From the NCBI GenBank assembly GCA_040770465.1, contig JAXGJB010000020.1:1-44424 (forward strand): DNA of 44,424 bases, in the 5' to 3' direction. A program made the translations under genes and the position numbers. The stretch is from Methanothrix sp. (lineage in GTDB: Archaea; Halobacteriota; Methanosarcinia; Methanotrichales; Methanotrichaceae). Positions within the stretch are counted from its first letter, which is position 1, and each line of letters opens with the position of its first letter. The notes below the pieces were generated by a model. The model made no database searches. It was not told where the DNA came from and was given only the letters and a program-made list of their open reading frames with translations. This document shows positions 10,122 through 18,786 of the stretch, one piece after another.

Positions 10122-11367
10122 CTCCGATGATCTGTCTCAGCATTATTCCGGCATTATGTCCAGCTTTCTGTGTCTGGGGGATCTGTTTTGATAGTTCTTT
10201 TTTGATTGTATTGCTATCATTCAACATGGATTCTATTCGATCGGAAACCGATTCTATATTTAGATTCGATGGCTCTAGGCAATAATCTGTGTGGCCAAAT
10301 AGATCCCGGTTGATTCCCTGTGCCTTGATGCTATAAGCGAAGCTTAAAGTAGGCACCCCCGATGAGAGAGCAGCGATCGTCGAGTGTGTCCTTGCCCCCG
10401 CAAATAGGACCATTTTGCTAATTATCCACTTTGTCTCTGCAGCATTATACTCGGGCGGGACAAGGGTTATTTTGCAATTTTTTTTATGGACGAAAGAAAG
10501 GGCATGTTGCATAAACACGTAGTCGTTTGAGTATGGAATTGTTACATGAGGTATCATGCATATGGGCATTTCAGTTTTTTGTGCCACATCTCTGATAATT
10601 GTTCCAGCCCTCTTCGCCCATGCTTCAAGATCGCCATTAGTGACATATTTTGCCATTAATGGACTTAGGTTAATACCTATTGTTTCTTCATCAATTGAAA
10701 GAATGTTCTCGATATTATCTGGTTTTTCCGGATCCATAAGGAATGCTGGATCTGAAATATGGTAGACATTTTCAGCTATGTTAATTCCTTTGAGGTAATT
10801 GACCGTCAAGGATTCTCTGGCGAAGATTGCTGTGATTTTTTTAAGGTGTTGGCTTATGTATTCCTCGTATTCAGGAATTTTATCAAAAGGACCGATAGAG
10901 GCGCCCCAAATGGCAAGAGGCCTTTCCCTTTCGAGAACGAAATCGTCTAAATCAGTGAAGAAGGTAGGAACACCATAATCTAGTGAGTAGTTGTCCCCGC
11001 CAACTGATAGAACTGCAGACGCTTTGTCGAGATACGGAAGCATATTGCTATATATTTGGTATCTTAATGCTTTTTGGTTAAAGAATAGCCGATATATATA
11101 TGACCATGTCTCAGGTTTCCAGAAGTTCTGAATAGCGTCTCTTTTTCGAAGGCGCCAAAAAGGAAGGTGGTAAATCGCATCATCAATCTCCTGAAGGCTC
11201 TGCTTTTCATACTGTTCTTTAGAAGAGAAGTTAGTTAGGCATACAAATTGAGGATCCACGAAATACTTCCTCAGTATCTTCGTCGTTCCCCGCACAATCG
11301 CCTCGCATCCTCTATTCTCGTATGGACCATTTCCTGCTAGGATGAACAGCGTTCTATCCTCATTCAT
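10114..11367 (-). CDS. Polysaccharide pyruvyl transferase family protein
   Basis: Motifs NRGCEAI, GGDNYS, GASIGPF, ARESLT, GARTHSTIAA...VPT...AYS.K. Confidence 0.9.
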   Translation of the reverse strand: MNEDRTLFILAGNGPYENRGCEAIVRGTTKILRKYFVDPQFVCLTNFSSKEQYEKQSLQEIDDAIYHLPFWRLRKRDAIQNFWKPETWSYIYRLFFNQKALRYQIYSNMLPYLDKASAVLSVGGDNYSLDYGVPTFFTDLDDFVLERERPLAIWGASIGPFDKIPEYEEYISQHLKKITAIFARESLTVNYLKGINIAENVYHISDPAFLMDPEKPDNIENILSIDEETIGINLSPLMAKYVTNGDLEAWAKRAGTIIRDVAQKTEMPICMIPHVTIPYSNDYVFMQHALSFVHKKNCKITLVPPEYNAAETKWIISKMVLFAGARTHSTIAALSSGVPTLSFAYSIKAQGINRDLFGHTDYCLEPSNLNIESVSDRIESMLNDSNTIKKELSKQIPQTQKAGHNAGIMLRQIIGDD

Positions 11368-11369
11368 GT

Positions 11370-12746
11370 TTAAATGCCCCCAGATCTCTTTTTAATATCC
11401 AGAAGAGCCCTCACAGGGTATGTTAAAATCCCTTTTATGTGTCTGCTGCTCGCGAGCTTCTTCATATCCGGCTGCATTAAATCCCGGAGACTTTCTGCAT
11501 CCGGGAAGCCTTCAACCCAGGCATTCCTACTTCTCGCCAACATTTGATCCTTCATAAAGACCTCACGCCTTAAAAAAGGATCTCTTGCTATCCCTGGAAC
11601 CACAGCCACTCGCTTCTTCGGCACCTTCTGCTCCCCATTCTGATTGAGATAAAGCCGGTATGCCAGATGCTGACGTTTGACAGCAATAACTCCTCTCTGA
11701 CTCTCCACCACCTTCGCGATGGGAATTTGGTCAAGAGATATATCTTCCCCGTGGGCGATCACCTCCTGGACCTGTGGCGATCTCACCAGCACAATGCTCG
11801 TCCCGCGACTATCTCGCGAATACTCAGAAAGCCACGCATCCATGAATGCGACATCAGCGCACTCGGCAAAGACGTCGTCGCAGTAGTTGCAGGCTCTGGG
11901 GGTAAACCATCGGTTCGTCCAGGCCTCGGCGATCCCTTCGTTAAAGAAGATCCTCCGCTCATCTCCATCCGTGGAGGTGAAAGCAAAGTAAAAATTATTT
12001 GCTGGCTGATCCTGTCTCTTTCCGCGATATCGGACCACCTTCACCTTTCCCGGTAGACCTGCGAGAGAAGCGATATACTCGGTGAAGTGACGGCTCTTCA
12101 GCTGCCCGCAGACGAGGCCGACGGTGACGACGACGCGCTCTCTCAGCTTTGGATTCTTCTGCTGCGCCAACCGGATCGCCTTGATGAAGCAGGGAAGGCC
12201 GATCACTGCATAACGCCCAGGCGTTTCGAGGATATGCCTGGTGACCTCCGACATCTCCACCGGGTAGTAGGCAGAGCCAGCTCCGGCCCTCACGCTTTCG
12301 GGGGTGTCAAAGACAACGAAGTTGAAGAGCCTCTCAGGATCGCCGGTGGGGGCGACGCATACCACGTGATCGACTACACCCTCTGCGAGCAGCTTCTCCA
12401 GAAGCCAGGTCGCCACCCCCCCCGAGGCGCTGATCGGGCGGTACTCGTCTGCATAGCCCACATAGGTGGCGAGATGGTATCCAGCCTCTGGATGATGGCT
12501 GATCCCAGGCACGTCCCCATAAAGCGACTTACCGATCGTGTCCTCGTCCTCGTCATGGTCTGCAAATGGGCAGATCTTCAGGCAGAGGCCGCATTCCGCG
12601 GAGCATGAAGCCACTTCTGTTGGGTTATACTCGCCGTACCGATTCCATGCCATCTCAAGGACTTCTTCAGGGCAGAGGGCGGCGCAGAAACCGCAACCGA
12701 TGCAGAGGTCATTTTCTACGATCTCTGTAATTACAGTCCGCTTCAT
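11370..12746 (-). CDS. FrhB/FdhB-domain Fe-S protein (F420 hydrogenase beta-subunit-like), EPS-associated
   Basis: Two ferredoxin motifs (CIGCGFCAALCP, C..ECGLCLKICP) plus SASGG, GLPC, GLVCG and C.YC.D...ADV...DAW. Confidence 0.88.
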   Translation of the reverse strand: MKRTVITEIVENDLCIGCGFCAALCPEEVLEMAWNRYGEYNPTEVASCSAECGLCLKICPFADHDEDEDTIGKSLYGDVPGISHHPEAGYHLATYVGYADEYRPISASGGVATWLLEKLLAEGVVDHVVCVAPTGDPERLFNFVVFDTPESVRAGAGSAYYPVEMSEVTRHILETPGRYAVIGLPCFIKAIRLAQQKNPKLRERVVVTVGLVCGQLKSRHFTEYIASLAGLPGKVKVVRYRGKRQDQPANNFYFAFTSTDGDERRIFFNEGIAEAWTNRWFTPRACNYCDDVFAECADVAFMDAWLSEYSRDSRGTSIVLVRSPQVQEVIAHGEDISLDQIPIAKVVESQRGVIAVKRQHLAYRLYLNQNGEQKVPKKRVAVVPGIARDPFLRREVFMKDQMLARSRNAWVEGFPDAESLRDLMQPDMKKLASSRHIKGILTYPVRALLDIKKRSGGI

Positions 12747-14299
12747 GAGAAAAATCTCCTGATCTTTGAAGGAAGGTAGGATTTGAAGAGCCCGCGCTCA
12801 AATCCGTTTAGGCCGAACGACCACACCGATGCAAGGTATGCAAGGGTTATGAACACGAATGCGACTACAAGCTCCGCAAGAAGGGTTATGCCAGGCATGA
12901 AAGAAGCAAAGATTGTAGCTAAGATAAAGATAAGAATTGCAGCCAAGACTCCGGAGAGCATCGATCGGGTAAAAGTGTGAACTTCAATCCCCAAGATCTT
13001 TGCCGCATACCAGGGAGTGAAAAGAGCGTTCTTTATTGTGAGGACGATCGCTCCCGCAGCAGCGACGCCGTAGTATCCCCAACCGGTCAAAAGCGGCAGG
13101 GCAACGGCGAGGGAGATATTTCCGATGCCCATCACGAGGGTTAAAACTCCCGGCACTCGAATACGGTTATAGGCCACATTGATCGAGAAGAGGGGCAAAA
13201 CCGCAAGATTAACTGACAAATGAAAGATCAGGAGCAACATGAGGGGAGAGAGATTAGAGAACTCCTCGCCGACCCAGACGGTGAGGAGTTGTGGGGCAAA
13301 TCCGCAGATAACCCCGATAGGGAGGGCCATGGCAAGCCCCATAAGCTTGACGGCGCTCTTTGTGATCCGGATCAGGGAATCGGTCTGATCTCGGGCGTAG
13401 TAGGAAAGGATCGTCGGCGTCAGGACTCCTGAAAGCAGTCCCGCGACAGCCCGGAGGAGGATTACCCATTGGAGGGCGATGGCATACCTTCCCGCAGGAG
13501 TCGCGCCAAAGAGAAGATTGACGACGATTAGGTCGATCGATAGAAAGAGCAGGGCACCTATCTGGTTGACTGTAACCCACCACCCCATCCCGCAGAGATC
13601 TTTAACCCTTGTGCGATCGAAGGCGTGAATCGATATTCTGAGATGGGGGCAGATCTTCCTGGCAAGGACGACCGAAACCCCTGATGCCGCCATTGCTCCG
13701 ACAAGGTGAGCTCCGCCGATGAGGGCTAGGTCAGGGCCGAAGAGGGTGAAGGAGAGGACGATCAGGCCTGTCTGGACGACGAGGTTCGTGAGGTTTACGA
13801 GGTTCTGGAGGTCGAGTCGGTTATAGGCGAAGAGCTGGACGGCGAAGTTCGCAGCCCATGAGCGGATCAGAAAGGCGGCACAGACTCCGAGGAAGAGGAG
13901 GACCGCTCCAGTCTCCTGCTCGGCTGGTACGTGGAAGATTGAGGGGACAAACCAGGCAACGACGATTACTATCGGTACCATTAGGAGGATGACTGCAGAT
14001 AGGCCGAATAAGGCGGTGTTGAATGTGCGGTTCGCAGCTGTATAATCCTCTCTCTGGAGATCTACGGTGAGGAATCTGGAGACTGCGATATTTAGAGACT
14101 GGACGACGATCGCCACGTATCCAGTTATAGAGGTCGCCAGGGGGATGAGCCCGTAGGCCGCGACCCCGAGCTTGGATACGAAGTAAGGAACCAGGAGTAG
14201 TCCAATGACGACATTTGCTAAAAAGAAGATGATATTTGCCAGAAGGTTCCTAGGAAGTTGATCTGCAAAACTTCTGAAGCTGGCATTATTATCGGACAA
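12743..14299 (-). CDS. Wzx-like oligosaccharide flippase (MOP superfamily)
   Basis: 518 aa with roughly 12-14 TM segments. Motifs LG...YGL, D.IVV..L.G....G.Y. First gene of the minus-strand glycan operon. Confidence 0.88.
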   Translation of the reverse strand: MSDNNASFRSFADQLPRNLLANIIFFLANVVIGLLLVPYFVSKLGVAAYGLIPLATSITGYVAIVVQSLNIAVSRFLTVDLQREDYTAANRTFNTALFGLSAVILLMVPIVIVVAWFVPSIFHVPAEQETGAVLLFLGVCAAFLIRSWAANFAVQLFAYNRLDLQNLVNLTNLVVQTGLIVLSFTLFGPDLALIGGAHLVGAMAASGVSVVLARKICPHLRISIHAFDRTRVKDLCGMGWWVTVNQIGALLFLSIDLIVVNLLFGATPAGRYAIALQWVILLRAVAGLLSGVLTPTILSYYARDQTDSLIRITKSAVKLMGLAMALPIGVICGFAPQLLTVWVGEEFSNLSPLMLLLIFHLSVNLAVLPLFSINVAYNRIRVPGVLTLVMGIGNISLAVALPLLTGWGYYGVAAAGAIVLTIKNALFTPWYAAKILGIEVHTFTRSMLSGVLAAILIFILATIFASFMPGITLLAELVVAFVFITLAYLASVWSFGLNGFERGLFKSYLPSKIRRFFS

Positions 14300-14344
14300 T
14301 ATATTTCTCCATCATAATAATATGTATATCAATCTACGTGCGTC

Positions 14345-14390
14345 TAACCCGACCTGAAGGTCGGGGTTTTCGTGATCCGATGCCCTCTTA
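14345..14390. mobile_element. IS200/IS605-type end hairpin remnant
   Basis: aacccgacctgaaggtcggggtttt palindrome of the kind found at archaeal IS605 ends. A second hairpin cccgatccc-gaa-gggatcggg lies at 14488-14508. Confidence 0.55.
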
Positions 14391-14588
14391 AGTAAGAATA
14401 ACGCGCCATGGCCTCAAATACCGCGATATCGCTCCAACTTCCGCCCCCGGGCAACATCCTACGCGGTCTATCTATCCCCGCATACAACCCGATCCCGAAG
14501 GGATCGGGCGCACGCCCTCCGATTGGCCCCCAGAAGAATAGAATATTTTGAGAACTGTCACAGGGGCCGCAGACCGCCCCCCGAATGA

Positions 14589-15164
14589 CCACCCGCGCCT
14601 CCTATCATGGGATCAATTCGGCCCGGATGGCTCCGCCCCTCGGAAGGACGACCGCCCTCTCGATGGCAGTGGTTCTGCGCCACAGCTCAAATACGTTTCG
14701 ATCCGAGGGCGAGGGTGTACGGTCCCGATCCAGAAGCGAGGGTGTGGAGTCCTGATTCAAGCGCAAGGGTGTAAAGTTCAGATCCGAAGGTGAAGGAGCG
14801 GTCCTGATCCAAGCGCAAAGGTGTATAGTTCAGATCCGAGGGTGAAGGTGCGGAGTCCGCGCAAAGGTGTATAGTTAAGATCCGAGGGTGAAGGTGCGGA
14901 GTCCTGATCCAAGCGAGAGGTTGTATAGTCCCGATCGAAGCGCGAAGGTGTAATCCCGATCCAGGCGCCCGGGGTCCTCCAGGCGGCCGGGTCGGCTCCC
15001 CCGAGGGCGGCGGCGGAGGAAGGCGGCGGCCCCCGAATAAGACGGCCCCCCTTTTTGCGGAAGAGCGGTGGCCAGCTATCGGTTCCGCCTTCCCGAGGTC
15101 GAAAGAAGCGAGGCCGAGGCCGCCGGTCGGGATCGATGATAAAAAGAGCTTATACTCCAGCCAC
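14589..15164. repeat. Dispersed intergenic element, copy 1 (about ten 27-bp GATC-initiated units at 14700-14957)
   Basis: Aligns by eye with 19181-19664, 23021-23265, 25257-25523 and partly 16079-16235. Confidence 0.9.
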
Positions 15165-15896
15165 TCAGATGATCCCCTTCTCCTTCAGGGCCGTCTCGAT
15201 CCGCTCAAGCCGCATATCGATGTTGCCCTTCATGTCGGTCCGAAGCCCCCGGACCTCTCCCGTCGTCTCGTCCTGCTTGTCGAGCATCTGATCCTGCTTG
15301 TCGAGCATCTGATCCTGCTTGTCGAGCATCTGATCCTGCTTGTCGAGCATCTGATCCTGCTTGTCGAGCATCTGGTCCTGCTTATCGAGCATCCGGTCCA
15401 TCTTGGAATCGATCCCCTTGATCGCCATTATGGTCTCGTCCTGCTTGTCGATCATTATATCCTGCTTGTCGAGCATCTGATCCTGCTTGTCGAGCATCTG
15501 ATCCTGCTTGTCGAGCATCCGGTCCATCTTCTGCCCCAGATCGGAAAACCCGAACCTGGTGACGTCTATCAGCTCTTTGAGGAGCTCGGCGGACCTGTCG
15601 AGCCTCGCGTCCGTCTCCAGCTCATCGACGAGCTTTGAGAAGGCCTTGAACTCGCCGCTGGCATCTTGCCGCTCCACCTCGACATCGTATACGTCGATGA
15701 GGGCGTTTTTGACCTTAAGGGCGGAGGCGAACCGGTCCAGAGCCGCAGCATCTCCCTCGGCGACGACCTGCACCCTCCCGTCGGGGAGGTTTCCAACCCA
15801 CCCGGTGATCCCCATATCCCGGGCCAGGGCTATGACCTTGGACCTGTAGCCGACCTTCTGGACCCGCCCCGAGACTAAGATCACAAACCGCTCCAT
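15165..15896 (-). CDS. Acylphosphatase-domain/coiled-coil protein (type A head, 4+6 MLDKQDQ heptads)
   Basis: SGRVQKVGYR...GWVGNLPDGRV.V.AEG is the acylphosphatase signature with Arg and Asn retained. TATA-like cttatatc lies ~25 bp upstream and an oligo-T tract follows the stop. Confidence 0.88.
   Translation of the reverse strand: MERFVILVSGRVQKVGYRSKVIALARDMGITGWVGNLPDGRVQVVAEGDAAALDRFASALKVKNALIDVYDVEVERQDASGEFKAFSKLVDELETDARLDRSAELLKELIDVTRFGFSDLGQKMDRMLDKQDQMLDKQDQMLDKQDIMIDKQDETIMAIKGIDSKMDRMLDKQDQMLDKQDQMLDKQDQMLDKQDQMLDKQDQMLDKQDETTGEVRGLRTDMKGNIDMRLERIETALKEKGII
15271..15522 (-). repeat. 21-bp coding tandem repeats (6 units at 15271-15396, 4 units at 15439-15522)
   Basis: Unit tcctgcttgtcgagcatctga on the + strand, counted directly. 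Confidence 0.95.
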
Positions 15897-16235
15897 AGAT
15901 GGAGGTCTGGGGCTTATTTTGATATAAGTCTTCTCGTCCCCGGCAGGAGAAGGGGGAGGAGGTATCTTCTAGCGTCGGGTGACGTGCCGGGGAAGGTGGT
16001 GGCGGAGCAGACGGTTGGGAGTGAGAAGATTCGGGGAGAGGGGAGAAGGAGAGAGGGCCAGGGAGCGGGAGGCGGCCGGCCCGGCTCCCCCGAGGGCGGC
16101 GGCGGAGGAAGGCGGCGGCCCCCGTTTGCGGAAAGAGCGGTGGAAGCTATCGGTTCCGCCGTCCCGATGTCGAAAGGCGGTGAGCAGAGGCCGCCGGTCG
16201 AGATCGATTATAAAAAAGAGCCTATGCCCCAGCCC

Positions 16236-16318
16236 TCAGAGGATCCCCTTCTCCCTCAGGGCCGACAACACCCTCGCCGCGGTCCCGCCTCCATCCGGCG
16301 GGGGCGGACTGTCGAGGG
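16236..16318 (-). pseudogene. 3' remnant of a type A acylphosphatase-coiled-coil gene
   Basis: tcagaggatccccttctccctcagggccgac matches the 3' end of 23266..23892 (SALREKGIL*). Confidence 0.8.
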
Positions 16319-16399
16319 CGGAAAGGCCGGTGGCGGGATTGCTGGGGCGCCGCCATTCCCACCCCCATCACTCCCGACGCTCCCGATCAATCACCAGAA

Positions 16400-16407
16400 T
16401 TTATAAA
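16400..16407 (+). promoter_or_regulatory. Archaeal TATA box (repeated at 19827-19834 and 20988-20995)
   Basis: ccagaaTTTATAAAtcaa occurs three times. At 20988 it is ~29 bp upstream of the ATG at 21024. Confidence 0.7.
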
Positions 16408-16435
16408 TCAATGGAAAACCTCTCTTCTGGATGGG

Positions 16436-16590
16436 ATGATAGCCGCGAAGCCAGGATTAAGAGAGATAAAGTCCAAGACGTCGGATATCGGGCCCTACTC
16501 CTCGACCTCGCCCTGGAGCTGGGGATCGAGAGTTTACCGCCAAGGGCAAAATAAATGGTGGATAGGAGGTTGTATTCCGGCGGAAAAGGA
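16436..16590 (+). pseudogene. 5' remnant of a type C acylphosphatase gene
   Basis: Encodes KVQDVGYRALLLDLALELGIE, matching 21024..21350, with frameshifts and a stop. Confidence 0.8.
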
Positions 16591-16617
16591 AGATTCCATA
16601 AAGGAGGCGGTCTTTCT

Positions 16618-16815
16618 GTGAATAAGGCACAAAGCGAGTATGACCATATGACCCTGATCGAGAGACGCATCATCTATTTGTCTGGAGCGAGGTTGCGGGA
16701 GACGGACAAAAAGAGATCTGCTATGGAGAGGCAGGATGCGATCAGGAGAGGTCACCAGGCCACAGCAGGATGGGATAGCGTCTCACAGATCAGGAAGTGG
16801 CGCGAGGCTCGATGA
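16618..16815 (+). CDS. Putative antitoxin (VapB-like position)
   Basis: aaggagg RBS, GTG start, 65 aa, DSV..IR..R tail. ATGA overlap with the PIN gene. Confidence 0.7.
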   Translation: MNKAQSEYDHMTLIERRIIYLSGARLRETDKKRSAMERQDAIRRGHQATAGWDSVSQIRKWREAR

Positions 16816-17253
16816 ACGTACTTGACGCCTCGGTGATCCTGAAATGGTTTTTGGACGAGGAAGGGACTTCCCAGGCCCTCAGGCTCCGGGAGGAGTTCTA
16901 CAGATGAGAACGTGAGATAGTGGTTTCCGGATCTCCTGTTGATGGAGGTGGCCAATGCTTTGAAATATAATCCAAGCTTCACCGCCAAAGAGATCAAGGA
17001 AGCCATTCAGACGTTATTTGATATCGGAATCGTGATCATTACACCAACATATTCTCTTCTGGCAAAGGCCGTCGATCTGGCAAAGACCCTCGATGTAACC
17101 TGTTATGATGCCGTATATCTCGCTTTGGCGGAGGAGATTGGCTTTGAGTTCATCACGGCCGATAAGAAGTTCTGGAATAGTGTGGCTGAAAGAGAGGGGC
17201 CAACGCCATCGGTCATACTATTGACGGACCTTGATGAAGATTCCCCGAGATGA
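16812..17253 (+). pseudogene. vapC: VapC/PIN toxin pseudogene
   Basis: Same as 20244..20684 but with GGA>TGA at 16905-16907 and an extra T near 16925. Confidence 0.88.
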
Positions 17254-17457
17254 GTCGCATACTGCCCAACGTGACCATCGTCTCACTTTTTGACTGCCAT
17301 ACTGGCAGCAAGAGCAGAGAATATACAAAACCTAGGATATAAGACCGCCCCGATCCATCACTAAAATTGGAGCCATAAGACTGCCTTCCGATCCTGGACC
17401 GAAGTCACGAAGGACGGCTTGATCGCTGGGACAGAAGCTCAGTCGAGCATCAGCGAA

Positions 17458-17820
17458 TCAAATCGGCCTTCTCCTGTACCGCCCCAATTCCACGATCACT
17501 ATAGCCTTTGTCAACTTGCCTTTCTCGATAGAATTCAGGAAGTTCTTCAATTCTCGGTTCAGTTCCTTCGCCGTGAACATATTGGGGAACCTGAGAACTA
17601 TAGCCCCAGGATGATCGGGATACCTGAGCACCTCTCCAAAATCGGTGTCTCTTGTCACTATGATCCTCTTTGTTTTGATGGCATAATCGATGATATCCTG
17701 ATCCTTTGCTGCCCTCATACCAATATCTCTGACGTCCTCGATATCGTAACCCAGAGATCTGATCAACTCTCCCGTCGATCGGGGCATATCTGCGTCGAGG
17801 AGGAATTTTGGATCAGGCAT
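17458..17820 (-). CDS. DUF5615/VapC45-like PIN protein
   Basis: Motifs KFLLDADMP, D.DI..YA, IVTRDTDF. Lies downstream of DUF433. Confidence 0.85.
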   Translation of the reverse strand: MPDPKFLLDADMPRSTGELIRSLGYDIEDVRDIGMRAAKDQDIIDYAIKTKRIIVTRDTDFGEVLRYPDHPGAIVLRFPNMFTAKELNRELKNFLNSIEKGKLTKAIVIVELGRYRRRPI

Positions 17821-18034
17821 AGGCGCCGATCTCTTCCAAAGCTACGATCTTCGCCGCATATCCCAGGGAGGCCAGTATATCCTCCTTTTCTATATCGTAC
17901 TCGGACGCTATTTCTGCCGGGTCCATCCCACCGGCAAGAGCTCCCAGAATCAGATCTACGGGAACCCTGGTCCCTCTTATGATCGGCTTTCCGTGCCTCA
18001 CTTCGGGATCGATGACTATCCTATCTTCGAACAT
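17813..18034 (-). CDS. DUF433 antitoxin-like protein
   Basis: RIVIDPEVRHGKPIIRGTRVPV...EDI.A.L.YA. Confidence 0.9.
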   Translation of the reverse strand: MFEDRIVIDPEVRHGKPIIRGTRVPVDLILGALAGGMDPAEIASEYDIEKEDILASLGYAAKIVALEEIGAYA

Positions 18035-18220
18035 ATCCTACCTCACCGAATTGAAATCCGCAAAGCTTAATCCCTTCTTCTCTTCCATCCATACCTTATA
18101 ACGTATCTCTTCCAGATCTTCCAGCTCCTCTCTGCCGATGGCCAGAACTTCTCTGGACTTTTATAAAAGCGCCCATGCCAACCCATCCACCTCTCTCTTT
18201 TCCAAGATTAATATCTCCTG

Positions 18221-18466
18221 TCAAATGGTGAGCTCCACCTCGCCCGCGGGGATTGGCCTGGCCAGGAGCTTTCCCTGATGGAACTTCTTCATGATCACGT
18301 CAATCTTCCTTGATACCTCGGGGGTGAAATAGGCCTCGCCGCAATCATCACAGATATAGGCAGGGACTTCCTTGATGGAGATGATCTCACCCTCCACCTT
18401 GACCAAGAACTCCGTCTTGCCCTTGAGAAGCTTCCCACCGCAGAGGCTGCATTTATCTGGGATCAT
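18221..18466 (-). CDS. YgiT/MqsA-type zinc-finger protein
   Basis: CSLCGG...VPAYICDDCGEAYF. Probable start MIPDKC at 18466. Confidence 0.88.
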   Translation of the reverse strand: MIPDKCSLCGGKLLKGKTEFLVKVEGEIISIKEVPAYICDDCGEAYFTPEVSRKIDVIMKKFHQGKLLARPIPAGEVELTI

Positions 18467-18471
18467 ATTGA

Positions 18472-18786
18472 TCAGAGTCTTCTTTTCTTGTAATTTATCC
18501 ATTTTTCTTCGTCAGGCATATATATTGTGATTATTCTGGCGTGGTCTTCGCACTCTGCTACCACAAGATGAAATGGAATATGTTCCGAAAACCCTAAGAT
18601 CAAATGGGAGGGACGAGGGTGATCATCTGCATATTCTTCAATCACCTCTCCATCAACGACCATTTTCCGCATGTCCTCGGTTGATATATTCCTCTGAAAC
18701 ATCCTAGCTCTGGCGTGATTTGATATGAGGAACTGGTCCCGTTCAATTAAGGATCTTATGCAGGTCAGAGTAGAACTCATACTCAT
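18472..18786 (-). CDS. DUF4258 protein (putative RelE/BrnT-like toxin)
   Basis: SNHARARM..R.I...GEVIEEY.DD...LILG...HLVVA...IITIY.PD...W. Paired with the YgiT finger. Confidence 0.85.
   Translation of the reverse strand: MSMSSTLTCIRSLIERDQFLISNHARARMFQRNISTEDMRKMVVDGEVIEEYADDHPRPSHLILGFSEHIPFHLVVAECEDHARIITIYMPDEEKWINYKKRRL

Larger units (their letters stand above)
16079..17324. repeat. 1.25-kb segmental duplication, copy 1 (copy 2 at 19510-20755)
   Basis: Colinear high similarity across the GC-rich element, two acylphosphatase-gene remnants and the antitoxin/PIN pair. Confidence 0.92.

Noticed and set aside
11370-12746. Genuine F420-reducing hydrogenase operon
   Set aside because: No large or small hydrogenase subunits or maturation genes are present, and the context is glycan biosynthesis.
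14700-14957. 27-bp repeat array as a CRISPR array
   Set aside because: Units are contiguous and degenerate with no unique spacers, and there are no cas genes in the window.
15165-15896. Acylphosphatase-like domain as a HypF fragment
   Set aside because: No zinc fingers, YrdC-like or Kae1-like domains follow. The tail is a repeat coiled coil.
18040-18200. Small minus-strand coding remnant (…KKGLSFADFNSVR*)
   Set aside because: Could be a PIN-gene fragment but is too short and lacks a clear start, so it was not called.
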